Shown piece after piece: positions 44,201-49,402 of a stretch of DNA of 64,000 bases. The notes beneath the pieces are model-generated. The model worked only from the letters and a program-made list of their open reading frames with translations, was not told where the DNA came from and searched no databases. Position numbers and translations under genes: made by a program. Source of the DNA: an uncultured Planctomycetota bacterium (lineage in GTDB: Bacteria > Planctomycetota > Planctomycetia > Isosphaerales > Isosphaeraceae); contig CAWGMQ010000003.1 of the NCBI GenBank assembly GCA_963823665.1, positions 1,841,159 to 1,905,158 of the forward strand, in the 5' to 3' direction. Position 1 is the first letter of the stretch; every line of letters begins with the position of its first letter.

Positions 44201-47200
44201 CGGAAATTGTCGCCAGATAGGGCAGATCGAGAGTGCCCCCCGCGCTCGTGTCGACCGCCTCCAGATAAGTGTCCGAATAGTAGTCGTTGGTGTACGAGGT
44301 CACGCCCGACAGGGTCAGGCTGCCGCCCCCTTCGATGTAGACGCTCGTGTCGTCGATGTTGCCGAGATCGGGCAGGAGCCATGTACCGCCTTCGATCGTC
44401 AGATTATCATAATTTAGTGAAATGAATTGAGCGAGCGAGATGGTGCTCGTGGCGTCGACCGTGATCGAGACGCTCTGGATGCTGGTGAGGCCTGGGCTCA
44501 GCTCGATCGTGCCCCCCTGCGTGGCCGAGAGTATTCCGTCGTAGGTGTCGAATGTCGTGACGCTCGAGAGGTCGACCAGACTGTTCGTCCCGGTGGCCTG
44601 GGCGCCGATCGACGTATCACTTTTGTCGAAGATCGAGATCAGCGAGGGCGCCACGAGCTGTCCACCGCCCGAGGCAGTGAAGTTCAGGCTCCAGCCGTAA
44701 TAGTAGCCAGAGTAGCTGGAGCCTGAGCCAGAGGCGCCGATCTCGGTAAGGTTCGGCAGGGTGAGCTTTGCGCTAGAGCCGGAAGCCGAGAATTCGACGT
44801 CCCCGCCTTGCGGCTTGTAGTTGATCACCGCGGGAAGGCTGAGGCTGCCGCCGGTGACGTAGATGCCCGAACCGTTGATATTGCTGAGGTTGGTAAATGA
44901 GTTATCGGAGGTTGCGGCGCCGGAGGTCGGCGCATAGTCGCCGCCGGTGATCTTGAGGCTGCCGTCAGTAAGGCTCTGCCACTGGCTGACGGCGAGCTGG
45001 CCCGTCCCGTCCAGTGTCACATCGACTTCCTGCAAGGTCGTCAGGCTGGCGGCCTCGACGGTCGCGCCGTCGGTCACGCTCAGCGTGGACAGGTAAGCGC
45101 TGTAGCCATATTGATAGTAATCATTGGTGGTTTCCCACGATGTGAGCCCGGGCAGGTCGATGGCGCTGTTTGGACCGCCGGCGGCGATGTGGACGGCATA
45201 AAAGCTGGAGATCGAGGTCAGGCCGGGCAAGCTCAGCACGCCGCCGGTGCTTGCGGAAACCGTGCAGTCGAGCAAGGTCACCGGACCGCTGGCGGTGAGG
45301 GACGCATCGGCGCCGGAGACGGTCAGCACGCCGCCGCTCACATAGACGCCGCCGTTGATCGCGTTCGATGAGCCGGTGACTGTGAGGGAACCGCCGCCCG
45401 TCAGCGTCACGCCTCCCGAGATATTCACATCGCTGCCCATCGTGAGCGCGCCGTCATCCCAGACGTCGATGCCTCCGTACGCGTTTCCCACCGGAGTGGT
45501 GCCGGCAGCGTCGGTGCCGATCTCGTCTCCGGCAATCAGGTTCTGGCTCGTGCCCGGGCCGCCAACGACGACGCCCCACTGGGCATTTCCCGAGAGGACG
45601 TTGCCGGAGCCGGCGGCGGTGCCGCCGATCGTGTTCCCGTATGCCCCCGCGTCCATGTAGACGCCGCTATATGCGTTGCCGAGCGGAACGGTCCCGCTGG
45701 CGTCGGTGCCGATCAGGTTTCCTTCGACGAGGTCGTCCGAGCCGCCGTTGATCCAGATACCGTTGTTCTTGTTTGCCGAGATGACGTTGCCGCTGCCGGG
45801 GCTTGTGCCACCGACGGTATTGTCGGATGTCCCGCCGCCGAAATAGATCCCTTGAAATGCGTTGCCGAGCCGGCTCGAGCCGGAGCTGTCGGTGCCGATC
45901 AGATTCCCGACTATGAGATTGTTGGATGTGCCATCGCTGACGATGTAGAGACCGCAGGCATTATTTCCCGAGATCACATTGCCGCCGATCGTATTGTCGG
46001 AAGCGCTGGAATCGATGTCGACACCCTGAGCGAGATTGGCAACAGCCATCGTCCCCGATGGATCCGTTCCAATCAGATTACCGGCGACGACGTTCTGATC
46101 GGTGCCGTACCCGGAAATGACGACACCGTCTCCAGAATTCCCCGAAATCACGTTGCCTTGGCCGGTGCTCGTGCCACCGATGGTGTTGCTAACAGCCCCC
46201 GAGTCAATTTCAACGCCGTCATACGAATTGCCCAGAGCGTAAGTTCCGCTCGCGTCCGTCCCGATCTTGTTGCCCTCGACGAGAACGCCAGTGACCTCGG
46301 CGCCGCTGATCCAGACTCCCCACTCACCGCTCGCCGAGATGACGTTGCCTGCTTCCGGGGTCGTTCCGCCGATGGTGACTTGCGACGGCGCGTCACCCGA
46401 CACGCCCCAATCGCCGATCAGCACGCCGCTATACGCGTTTCCAAGGGCCAGTGTGCCCGTGATGTCCGTTCCGATGAGATTTCCGGCGATCAGGATGTTC
46501 TGGGAATCGACTCCACGAAAGGTCACGCCGCCTTCCTTGTTGCCCGACACCAAGTTGCCGCTGCCGGCGGTTGTTCCGCCCACCGTTGTGTACGGGGCAT
46601 CGTCAGCATAGATGCCCCAGAAGTTGTTGCCGTCGGCCTGGGTTCCGTCCAGAGTTGTGCCAATCAGGTTCCCTTGAATTGTGTTACCCGAGGCGGATGG
46701 GCCGAAGATTGCGATACCGCCGGCGCTATTACCAGAGATCTGGTTGCCGCCGGTCGCAACTGATGGCGCTCCCGTGCCGGTCGGCACGCCGATCTGGTTG
46801 CTGCTGCCGTAGACGTCGATACCGTTGTTCGAGTTGCCGGTGATCACGTTGCCGGCGAGGGACGCGCCGTTGCCCGAAAGGGTGATCCCAGTACTCTTGT
46901 TTCCGGCGATCGTGTTGCCAGTAATGGTCGCCTGTTTGGCCGTGACATTGATTCCGGGGCCGCCGTTACCGGTGATCTGGGATGTCGAGACCTGAACCTG
47001 GAGCGCGGAGATGGAAACGCCGGCGCCGGCGAAACCATTGATCGCGATGCCTGTTAACGCGTCACCGGTGCCTTGAACGTCAAGCCCGTCGGCTCCGGTG
47101 GTCGCGCTGCCGTCGATGGTCAAGTTTTCGATCGTCAGGTCGGCGCGGGTCAAGGCGGGTAGCCCCGACTGGACATAAATCTCGCCGAGGTTTGACGTGC

Positions 47201-47417
47201 CGGGCTCGATTGTGTCCCGGCCGTTCGAGATCGCGTCGGCATCGGCCAGCGCGATCTCGGAGCGAAGAGATCCTGGACCGGTGTCGTTGGTGTTTTCGAC
47301 GTAGTACGTCGAGAGGAGCTGGCGATTTTCAAGTATTTCCATCATGGGCAGGTGCCGGCGCTTCAGGGCGGGGGCAGCTTTCGCGCGCGAAGAACCCGAT
47401 TGACGAGTCTTCTTCAT
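26217..47417 (-). CDS. Giant extracellular protein B (~7,066 aa): beta-helix, LRR-like solenoid, SdrD-B, CARDB, Calx-beta/Ig, nested Rhs/YD + toxin-like domain, Ig/FN3 units, dockerin-like tail
   Basis: Uninterrupted ORF; MKK...EILENRQLLS planctomycete-type leader with GAGG RBS; GNLIGTD repeats; GEVFxDxxG...GLxGWTV repeats; YxYDxxG YD repeats. Confidence 0.92.
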   Translation of the reverse strand: MKKTRQSGSSRAKAAPALKRRHLPMMEILENRQLLSTYYVENTNDTGPGSLRSEIALADADAISNGRDTIEPGTSNLGEIYVQSGLPALTRADLTIENLTIDGSATTGADGLDVQGTGDALTGIAINGFAGAGVSISALQVQVSTSQITGNGGPGINVTAKQATITGNTIAGNKSTGITLSGNGASLAGNVITGNSNNGIDVYGSSNQIGVPTGTGAPSVATGGNQISGNSAGGIAIFGPSASGNTIQGNLIGTTLDGTQADGNNFWGIYADDAPYTTVGGTTAGSGNLVSGNKEGGVTFRGVDSQNILIAGNLIGTDITGTLALGNAYSGVLIGDWGVSGDAPSQVTIGGTTPEAGNVISASGEWGVWISGAEVTGVLVEGNKIGTDASGTYALGNSYDGVEIDSGAVSNTIGGTSTGQGNVISGNSGDGVVISGYGTDQNVVAGNLIGTDPSGTMAVANLAQGVDIDSSASDNTIGGNVISGNNACGLYIVSDGTSNNLIVGNLIGTDSSGSSRLGNAFQGIYFGGGTSDNTVGGTSPGSGNVISANKNNGIWINGGSDDLVEGNLIGTDASGTVPLGNAYSGVYMDAGAYGNTIGGTAAGSGNVLSGNAQWGVVVGGPGTSQNLIAGDEIGTDAAGTTPVGNAYGGIDVWDDGALTMGSDVNISGGVTLTGGGSLTVTGSSNAINGGVYVSGGVLTVSGADASLTASGPVTLLDCTVSASTGGVLSLPGLTSISSFYAVHIAAGGPNSAIDLPGLTSWETTNDYYQYGYSAYLSTLSVTDGATVEAASLTTLQEVDVTLDGTGQLAVSQWQSLTDGSLKITGGDYAPTSGAATSDNSFTNLSNINGSGIYVTGGSLSLPAVINYKPQGGDVEFSASGSSAKLTLPNLTEIGASGSGSSYSGYYYGWSLNFTASGGGQLVAPSLISIFDKSDTSIGAQATGTNSLVDLSSVTTFDTYDGILSATQGGTIELSPGLTSIQSVSITVDATSTISLAQFISLNYDNLTIEGGTWLLPDLGNIDDTSVYIEGGGSLTLSGVTSYTNDYYSDTYLEAVDTSAGGTLDLPYLATISGPYGVSIEAAGSASQIDLPALTTFSTSDYDYGYYASNLSVTQGATVEDGSLTSPDGVDVTLDGSGVLPVSQWTALNNGAIRITGGDYAPTSGAATSSNSFTSLSNIDGSSLLVLAGSLSLPDLATYQAIDDPYVFSQYGNIFEATGTSSKLSLPELTSISGSTSYDYAPLMIEAQSGGDVELAALTSINVSGYFSLVSVESDGPNSLVNLPALTTYNAVDYYGENYGATLSATNSGAIELNSQLSALNGVTLVLDGSGNIPINQFTSISNGGITIDAGDYAPASGAATPLNSFTNLSNIEGSSLYVYGGGSLSLPAVITYSNVNSNAYFESSGAGSTLDLADLTTITASDNMSVSASGSGSLIDLSGMTSFSSSGSFSWSATQGGAIDLNSSVTAMHGVEVTLDGTGQFPLDQFTSLVGCRIYIQGGSYTLPNLTDIDGASLYISGGAKFTLPAVSSYTNNNYPGAYFQVTDTTLGGLINLPDLTMIGGYYGVSIESQGSHSQIDLPDLTSFSPTDSGYATLSVTDDGTVLVGANLTSLNGVTIVLDGTGTLSNGTSSSATTQFTSITDGGITVESGDYSFAFPNLSDIDGSSLRVYGGGKLTLPAVTTYTNSNGYEYLQAAEYVDYNYGNGSYYGSGTVGLLNLPALTTISGAYVLILTGGTGSAINLPALTTVDFSYDGYLSFTNEGVLSAPVLSTVVNATVTTDPTATLNVPANQTVSFPAGTSTINTGTAVDQGSVNVGRSEPFALANYSGGGAGIIQTASASQSSPSSFDIPVNIAGPTEVYTLINSAYGEYGDTVGAVEFVATGGLVYTVDLVEGQNIRDHNNDGYNDTIGQGALGDTYLGSASYGGGQVRLDEQGFVLPSAFQSATLTDIILLGYGNEPDGVPFLAAATVATSTGPVEVNISSLVNSNLRTYANGGDYPLGGATVYANATVVVSGSLTINGSGALTVEPGSTLDLSGNLLGTTTNAAGFNILGTVVLDGTGTSSSPQQLEVMSQDLGGTAAGFQSFAYNTLELANNTYVELVDNSVNSPGGTPEALYVDNLIVPSGTTLNLNGFNLYIHTAQIQGKIIGGAIITGEVFDDVSGSGTLTSGDPGLAGWTVELTNTSTHATYTTTTDANGNYAFAGIQPGTYTLSEVSQSGFVQTAPASPGTFSLTITSGQVVTNQNFGDHPTASISGTVFNDWNGDGSLENGEPGLSGWTVNLLNAAKQNVGTATTSSGGTYSFTALLPGTYTVQLISRSGYVATTSMSVQLTDNNGQADTVNFGEFVPISISGEVFNDPNDTSTFVSGDTGLSGWTVELVQGSNVVQTTSGSGGAYSFSNVGPGTYTLKVVQQTGWVPSNSPVTITPTSGANITNEDLGEFQGLTITGQVFNDIAGSGDFASGDPGLSGWTIDLLNVASTVIASAQTGGNGDFTLAGVAPGRYTVAEVTQTGFVQTTSPASFNVTVVAGQSLSGLTFGDFRLATVTGEVFDDAHDDGTLDAGDTGLAGWTVQLLNSLDKVVSTTTTDSNGNYSFNDVGPGIYGIAAVTQPGYIQTAPGSGPITISATSGATLAGKDFGEFKSVSLAVSDLMTAPASDLQSGMALVVEWTDTNTGAQPASGSFSDQIVVTNTTTGDVLATGDVLYNAASLGNLAAGASVDQEYDFSLPNGGPGVGQIQFTVTADYKQSVSTPAGESNDTDTLTETSTLGAYAELIPSGITAVTSADPGQQTSVGWTLTNSGSAPATGPWTEQVFLATDAAGDNPTLLSAQSFTGTLGVNQTASRSMTVQMPSLPQGTYWFVVVEDAFSEVYELDTASSTAVAAQSTSLAAGLTLTLASNTVSNGAGSHATIATVTRNTNTANALVVTIANSDTTDVSVPETVTIPAGATSARFAVGTINTGIADGNQTATLTATASGLSTGSAGLTVTNVNAPALTVALNNHTVNETDISPATLGTVTRDTPTTTALTVSLLSSDTNKLTVPATVTIPAGQVSVTFPVTVVNDGQIDGNESATITASASGFQNGSDSATVVDDNVPALSLTLAQTTVSEAAGADATTATVSIASPATEPLTIVLGSSLTSAATVPASVVIDAGQESASFPIAALNSGLDVGNQTAVITANVETYAGVVVTQGSAEASLLLLNANGPALTLSVATPTVAEGSTVTATVTRNTDATDALVVTLASTDPTATSVPATVTIPAGQTSVSFTVDAVQNGVPEGMQQVQISATTTGLDTGLATLGITDVQTPDLVVSSVTAPASGYDNSPLSISWTVTNSGDYPATGSWVDQVFLDPAGGSESTTPIDSVTFNGTLNPGQSYTQTVTLQSPSSVDQYFVRVLTDSGDSVQELSFNNNTGVAGQPYNDQAAYTATVTPSASVVSAGTPVVLSGVATLTSDNAPAVDEPVAVQILVDGTTRTLTGTTNASGDFSVTFQPLPDEAGSYSVTAADPGVSNPAVQAQFTIVGMTATPATANVTVVPNTPLTGTFTLTNLSDETLRGLSGLYSDEASGMTVQLTVPSEIAGDGTAPLSYTLTDTSTQGASGVVSIALTTTQGAVLELLVGFTVDPLMPVLAADPGYLDTGMLVGGQTLVSFTVVNNGGAPSGTLQVNLPSTSYMTLASPATIPSLAPGASTTVTVELTPPSNLPLEEYTGSIGISGTGTGISVPFTFTAITTATGTVQILVDDNYTFEEAGSPRVQGATVELLDPYNNSDVVETGTTDASGQVTFASVPAGPYDLEVTAPSHSTYENSFTVTPGITNSDEVFIAEQFVTYTWNVVQTTIQDTYQIQLQTTFATDVPAPVLTITAPASIPTLVPGQSWTFDATVTNHGLIAAQDVTLDLPTDSEYTFTALSTDIGVVPAESSVQVPITVTLVAPQSLSISDGGTTFTANVVVPGPVGQNTASTLYVDYTNTGDVAIPAPLLELTAEQGSSQGAFLSLSSSDSGLAYNLNETPSGFSSAVEFLAAGANAGMVEPGETVQIPVYYAGWLSSQWNSSTPVTFSLAEVDTTDSDDVDWQSILPDLQLGSINNAAWSAIGPIVAQNMGSTWGQYVQTLDSDSAYLASIGEPTTDVSDLLWFETEKANASYATQTLATEAAEDLPAPGMDLTFAQSYQASISGRYTEGILGYGWTTNWDISATTMANGGVVINDDGTSAYFSQESNGAFAPEAGDEGTTLTEIDGRYQLTLSDGTTYRFNANGSLHYVADSDGNRITAAYNSVGQLTTLTDSNGEYIDLAYNAQAHLSSLTDSTGQTETYGYDPTGQFLTSFTDAYGTTTYTYVTGESAAQNYALASITYANGTETHFSYNADGQLIDEHENGGAEDETIAYLTPGGYTETDGDGNTNTTYFDLYGAPAVTIDPLGNVTRNYYDTNLNLIESVGPGGLTYTYSYDADGNLTSETDPLGLTTSYTYNANNDLTSYTDPMGNTTSYAYDSDDDLLSVTYADGTEQSYTYNPLGEATSFLDANGQAIDYAYNADGLVTQETFADGTSYTYTYNTEGNITSATDADGNIDTFVYGDSSNPNLLTEVEYPDGTWLKFSYNAVCQRTQSVDQTGFTVNYIYDAVGRLSELTDASGNLIVLYSYDAAGNLIQKDNGNGTFTMYAHDGDGDVLSITNYAPSAGSTSFDPAESAVNSFDDYTYDAFGNVLTDTSQDGMWAYTYNADSELTTAVFAPNSTDPDGLAAQDVQYAYDAGGNVISETANGVVTTFAVNSVNEVTSSTTVGVGTTTYEYDADGNLLSSTGPTGNTANFAYNELDELVSATSPGLTESYAYDPFGNLISQTISNAITNYQIDPNGTVVAAFSGAGAYNNNGGLTAHYTYGLGLVSQVSPSGAASYYDFNNAGSTVDITSAAGKIANQYAYLPFGQSVATNEYAYLSAGQIISVKAAVTNPFALGGQLGGMGIGQFLDAPGDIEFTLYALRRAFTRGAIWDVPGAKGPFAYFQENGVLRVGYVNHTTETFVARNVNGQIVTVFKNYGPNYINNKAARIFVSNPAEIARVERAALAWAERAGARSLAAAPLEWNPYIDAALLIWDVTDLIGSLLPPTGPGGGPSDPGVGLRGTGGGLGGNGGGQGNNGGGQGDDDGCDDIPPPPPPPPPPPPIPLCIIPLVVPYDYTCHGNLVKSTAVTTIGAGGVAGNLTGTTCTPLAVTKTVQAKIVGMGGGGLIWQTATEDTSQCNPAIPPLQQQAQQAAGAAADPPINTTPAVTGTAQAASAAGPPPDDASPVAFIAIALGNLGLINGQSGNDGYTAALADQMVSTVATFDQVEADLAGILLTAAGEGASLGITGDIDLIQEVDSRLEAVTNAENLLFGGDADWLDTTQTATLQQWMTDFFTDVQTSTDGGQISAAESTQLLATTLPSSVSTSEAQEFIARWNRTVQFWSQGIFTAAQVPSGQSTDFLDINTIQTAFAAAVTAEQEAEVAGYSDVGTEVQGVLAHFESDLAGQGTCATIVLQLDQYATLTQTAFSGTLTITNSEGTGSMTNVSMNINITDAEGNPANGEFFVTSPSYSGAFSVVNGEATLPDNSTGTISFTFIPDNTAASDGPTEYMIGGTFGYTDPAGGAVTIPVFPSTITVDPQAELQLNYFLQKDVVDPTEPATLGLLVTNVGAGAANSLSITTAQPQILQNAKGLLDTFQIVGTQVGNQQETPSLSVDFGDIAPGQTADATFLLQSMLPGVFDNFTATFSNSNALGGAETSLIESVTTHSLVYAGDFNGSNSTGATDYLVDDNPNPENLPDTIYFSDGTTAAVNIASNATATQVGPASALTFQLTADVTSGWDYIQLPDPGAGYTLYKIVSANGERIPVNEQAWQTDLTLSPTGAKMTDYELHILDDNSTGSYMLYYRPTSLTAPTVSSVSSVSSPQSGTIGSVNVTFSEPIDPTTFTNQNLSLTLNGGADLINSRVTITQDSPTTFTIGGLSALTGDYGNYTLTVDATGISDFFGDVGTASGSASTSWATGTNVPVVVSVGAGNPALRNTPVDSVDVVLSEPINPASFNYQALSLTVNGGSNLITSGVTVTEITPTTYSIGGLGSVSTADGNYDLTVSAGRLVDGSGDSGVGFLSETWTMNTVGPTIASLPTYIQTPRNIIVPTIDVIFSEPIVPSTFTYQNITYAKPGEPNLITPNITITQLSPTEFAISNFNNLLLPIDGTYTFTISAVGVEDLYGNTGTGSASATWTLITTAPTAPTDLAISPNTGVSPGLTDTGSVTLTGTLPETGLSVDVMDGNTDLGYANVNGTSFSIALTLPAGANDLSVTATDPAGNVSPAATLNVLVDENPLTISSVTGPASNATNSPVSTADVTFSGPINLSTFTTANLTLTDNGGPNLITSAVTIALVSGTTSTYEIGGLSGLTNAEGTYVLMINASGVQDEAGNVGTSATSTSWLMDTTPPTSTITALPSQTTSTSFVVSVTGTDPIGANGSTPSGIASFAIYVSKDGGAFSLLATVTPADPSAVFVGQAGHGYGFYSIATDAAGNVQSTPAAAQQTVQIRVPMTVSSIAAVAPNPRNTAVSAIDVTFTQPLDLTGSDDDALTLTDNGGPNLITSAVTITLVSGSTYQINGLSSLTKNNGNYTLTVNAAAIDDQNGNPGSGTLSTSWLMDTTPPTSTVNSLPARGTSVTVAVSVTGSDAGSPPSGLKSYNIYSSTNGGAWSLWTTVPASNPTATFSGQSNTTYAFYSTATDNAGNTQAYNPQIEASTYLPNLTAPVTVVDSTTGTNPSTVNTTTGTFTLNITGTDPGGGIVTYFEVYVSVDSGPYSPVGPAIPAGPANSAGTVQATIPYQGLTDGAQHAYAFYSIGLDSAGNTQSAPATPNLTLTDTFAAATPSQLQTTSLIVEDGAVERSYIRYLQVDFNESDTQSGGELTQIVNSLKTASPEIQLYQYDLNDDASSETPVSLANVNVSLIDHAIELDFGANGLGGSPNTTTADGYYELDIKLPNGATAIHNFYRMLGDVTGDGTVDNNDLNEIAAEINLSNPTGLAPLGADVNGDGTISAIDLTLATRAKGHKLKSGLSLG
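31960..35630 (-). other. Rhs/YD module and putative toxin tip nested within protein B
   Basis: LGYGWTTNWD start of the cage, dozens of YD repeats, partial core (HYTYGLGLVS...YYDF...GST...YAYLPFGQ), AT-richer unique domain at ~32305-32526, Gly and poly-Pro linker. Confidence 0.8.
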
Positions 47418-47666
47418 GGTGCATGCCTCGCGGTTCAAGAAACATTGACCACAAGTTTTCAGCGTGGGTGTTGTTCTCTGTCGATCCGACGTTGCAGGGC
47501 CCTTAACCCGGCCTGATGCGAAACGTTCAATGGCGATTCCCGGCGCTGGCGGGTTCCGCTTTTCGTCGAGCATCTATGTCCATACAGTGCTGGCGCTGGC
47601 AATCCGGACAAAATCTTTTCGATATCGGCCGATTTCTTTTGAGGGGCGGGCGGCTGCAGCAGGAGA

Positions 47667-47701
47667 GCCCTCACCCCGACCCTCTCTCACAGGGAAAGGG
47701 A
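47667..47701 (+). repeat. REP-like palindromic extragenic element
   Basis: GCCCTCACCCCGACCCTCTCTCACAGGGAAAGGGA; related to 17757-17792. Confidence 0.6.
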
Positions 47702-47731
47702 TAAATCCACGGTCTTTTATGGAAGTGTCAC

Positions 47732-48055
47732 AAGGGATTTGCCGACGCTGATGCTGAGTTGCTCAAGGTGCTTGAGATTACCGACGCTCAGGAATCGCGG
47801 ACCTTCGGGCTGCGCGCGGCGATGAGTTTCTTGAGGCTGGCCCGGGTGCGCGACGACCTTCCGCGAGGCGGAAAGGCACAAGTGATCGCCGGAGCCGAGA
47901 AGCGGTTGCGGGAGGTCTATAACTCGTTTGCCGGCAAGCCAGACTCCTTCGAGCAACTGGCGTCGCGGACTCTCGTCGTGCGAGGGTGGATTCCGCGCGA
48001 GGGGCAGCAGAGCAATTCCCCTTCCCGCTTCACCCGGGGCTTCGCGGATTACTGA
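47732..48055 (+). pseudogene. Fragment resembling the C-terminal helices of AAA-ATPase/adenylate-cyclase TPR proteins
   Basis: ADAELLKVLEITDAQESRTFGLRAAMSFLRL...LREVYNSF resembles ALxIAxxQxAxSxELRAAxSLARL...LxxVYxWF; no N-terminal part. Confidence 0.5.
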
Positions 48056-48125
48056 TTCGGAGCGGGAAGTTTCGTGTTGGGAGAGGGTGCGGGAGTGTGT
48101 CAGGGAGAAGGCGGTGGGCTGTCAG
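48018..48125. repeat. 108-bp direct repeat, copy 2 (promoter boxes degenerate)
   Basis: Matches 24538..24645 at an offset of 23,480 bp; -35 reads CTGACA and -10 reads CAACAC. Confidence 0.9.
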
Positions 48126-48277
48126 TGCGGCTCGAGGCGAACGGCGGCCAGCCAAAGGGGGAGGATTCGCCGATGTCCGCGGCGATCTCGTTCTCGTCGT
48201 TTTGGGTGAGTCATCTCCGCGCGCGTGTTGTGGTATGATGGAATTATCTGGTGGGACTTTGGCTCGGAGGGCGCGCC

Positions 48278-48532
48278 GTGGCACTGCGTAAAATGACCGA
48301 TCTGGAGCAGCGGATGGCCGACGACCTTGAGTGGGCCGAGCACGCTACCGAGGTGCAAGAGAACCCCGAACACTACGGTAAGTTCGTGGTGGTCTATGAC
48401 AGATGCGTCCTCGCCGTTGGCGAGGATCGCAAAGCCTTGGTTGACCGAGCCGCAGAGCGGGCGGGCGTTCCCCGGCAACATCTGGTCACGCTGATCGTGC
48501 CTCGTCCCGGTCTGTGGGATATCCCGCACTGA
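48278..48532 (+). CDS. DUF5678-like small protein (putative antitoxin-type)
   Basis: GGAGG RBS + GTG; EHYGKFVVVYDRCVLAVGED motif; TGGTATGAT extended -10 near 48231-48239. Confidence 0.7.
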   Translation: MALRKMTDLEQRMADDLEWAEHATEVQENPEHYGKFVVVYDRCVLAVGEDRKALVDRAAERAGVPRQHLVTLIVPRPGLWDIPH

Positions 48533-48821
48533 GCGATCGATCGACACCAAGGAAGACCGTGATGCCCTCTTCGGCCCGGGCGGCGTCGCCCGTGAGATGG
48601 ATGATCCGACCGGTCAGCGTCGGCGGCATGACACTGGCGGTGGCGCGCCTGGAGGTTCATCTTCACTTGGCCGCGGATCCAGCGTGCTCGCCAAGTTCCC
48701 GCGGAGCGATCCTCCCGGCGATCCCGTCCCCGTCCTTCTGGGTCTCGAATTCCTTCTGGCTCATCGCGCCGAGGTGCAGCTCATTTTAGCTCCGCAGAAT
48801 GGAAGCATCCAGTTTCCTTGA
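48514..48821 (+). pseudogene. Degenerate partner gene, possibly a retropepsin-like aspartyl protease remnant
   Basis: C-terminal VPVLLGLEFLLAHRAEVQL and upstream PVSVGG segments lie in different frames; sits directly after the DUF5678-like gene. Confidence 0.35.
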
Positions 48822-49084
48822 TGTCTCTCTCATCCGCTCTTGTTGGATCTCATTTGATTGTCTGCTTTGTTGTGACGGAGCACGTCGAGTGACTTCGCCC
48901 CCTGACCCATTTGATCACGTGGCTGCAATGCTCGTGATGGGGACGGACAAGATCTCGTTGAGCTGCTGTCCACCACGTTGAAGTAGGTGCTCGAACGGGA
49001 GGCCTGCGAGCCATTACCGGTAGTCGGGACGAGGCGCAGTGATCGCGCGGGGGGGTGGTTGAAATGAAAGGTCAAGATGGGCTC

Positions 49085-49108
49085 TCGCAAAGTCGCAAAG
49101 TCGCAAAG
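49085..49108 (+). repeat. Tandem 8-mer (TCGCAAAG)x3
   Basis: Direct reading; intergenic. Confidence 0.8.
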
Positions 49109-49402
49109 GGGGAGACGCAGATGACAGGAAAAGTTCGGGGCACGCAAACTTGTGAAAGCGCCGGGATGGAGGCTGTCGCCTGTGCGGTTTTCGGCGTCGT
49201 TTGGCCTTCGCTGAGGTTGCCAGTTGCGGCGCTGTATGAGGCGTAAATGTGGGTGAGACGAAGGACGGTTTCCGATCCCCTTATCGCCTGTGGCGAATTC
49301 GCGGATTTTGAACAGGAGATAAAGAAGCTGACGAAGAAGGCCGGACACGAGCCGAAACGGTGGCTGAAGGCAGGCGATGCATGGCGGCTCATCCGAGGGA
49401 GA

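Noticed and set aside
47418..47573. N-terminal extension of the 7118-aa ORF
   Set aside because: The basic MKK...ENRQLLS leader and GAGG RBS favour the start at 47417
24538..48125. DGR template/variable repeat pair
   Set aside because: Only 8 of 18 mismatches are at adenines of copy 1, copy 1 is intergenic promoter DNA, and there is no reverse transcriptase in the window
48597..48660. HDTGG as an aspartyl-protease catalytic motif
   Set aside because: Lacks the preceding hydrophobic strand and lies in a low-complexity frame; probably chance
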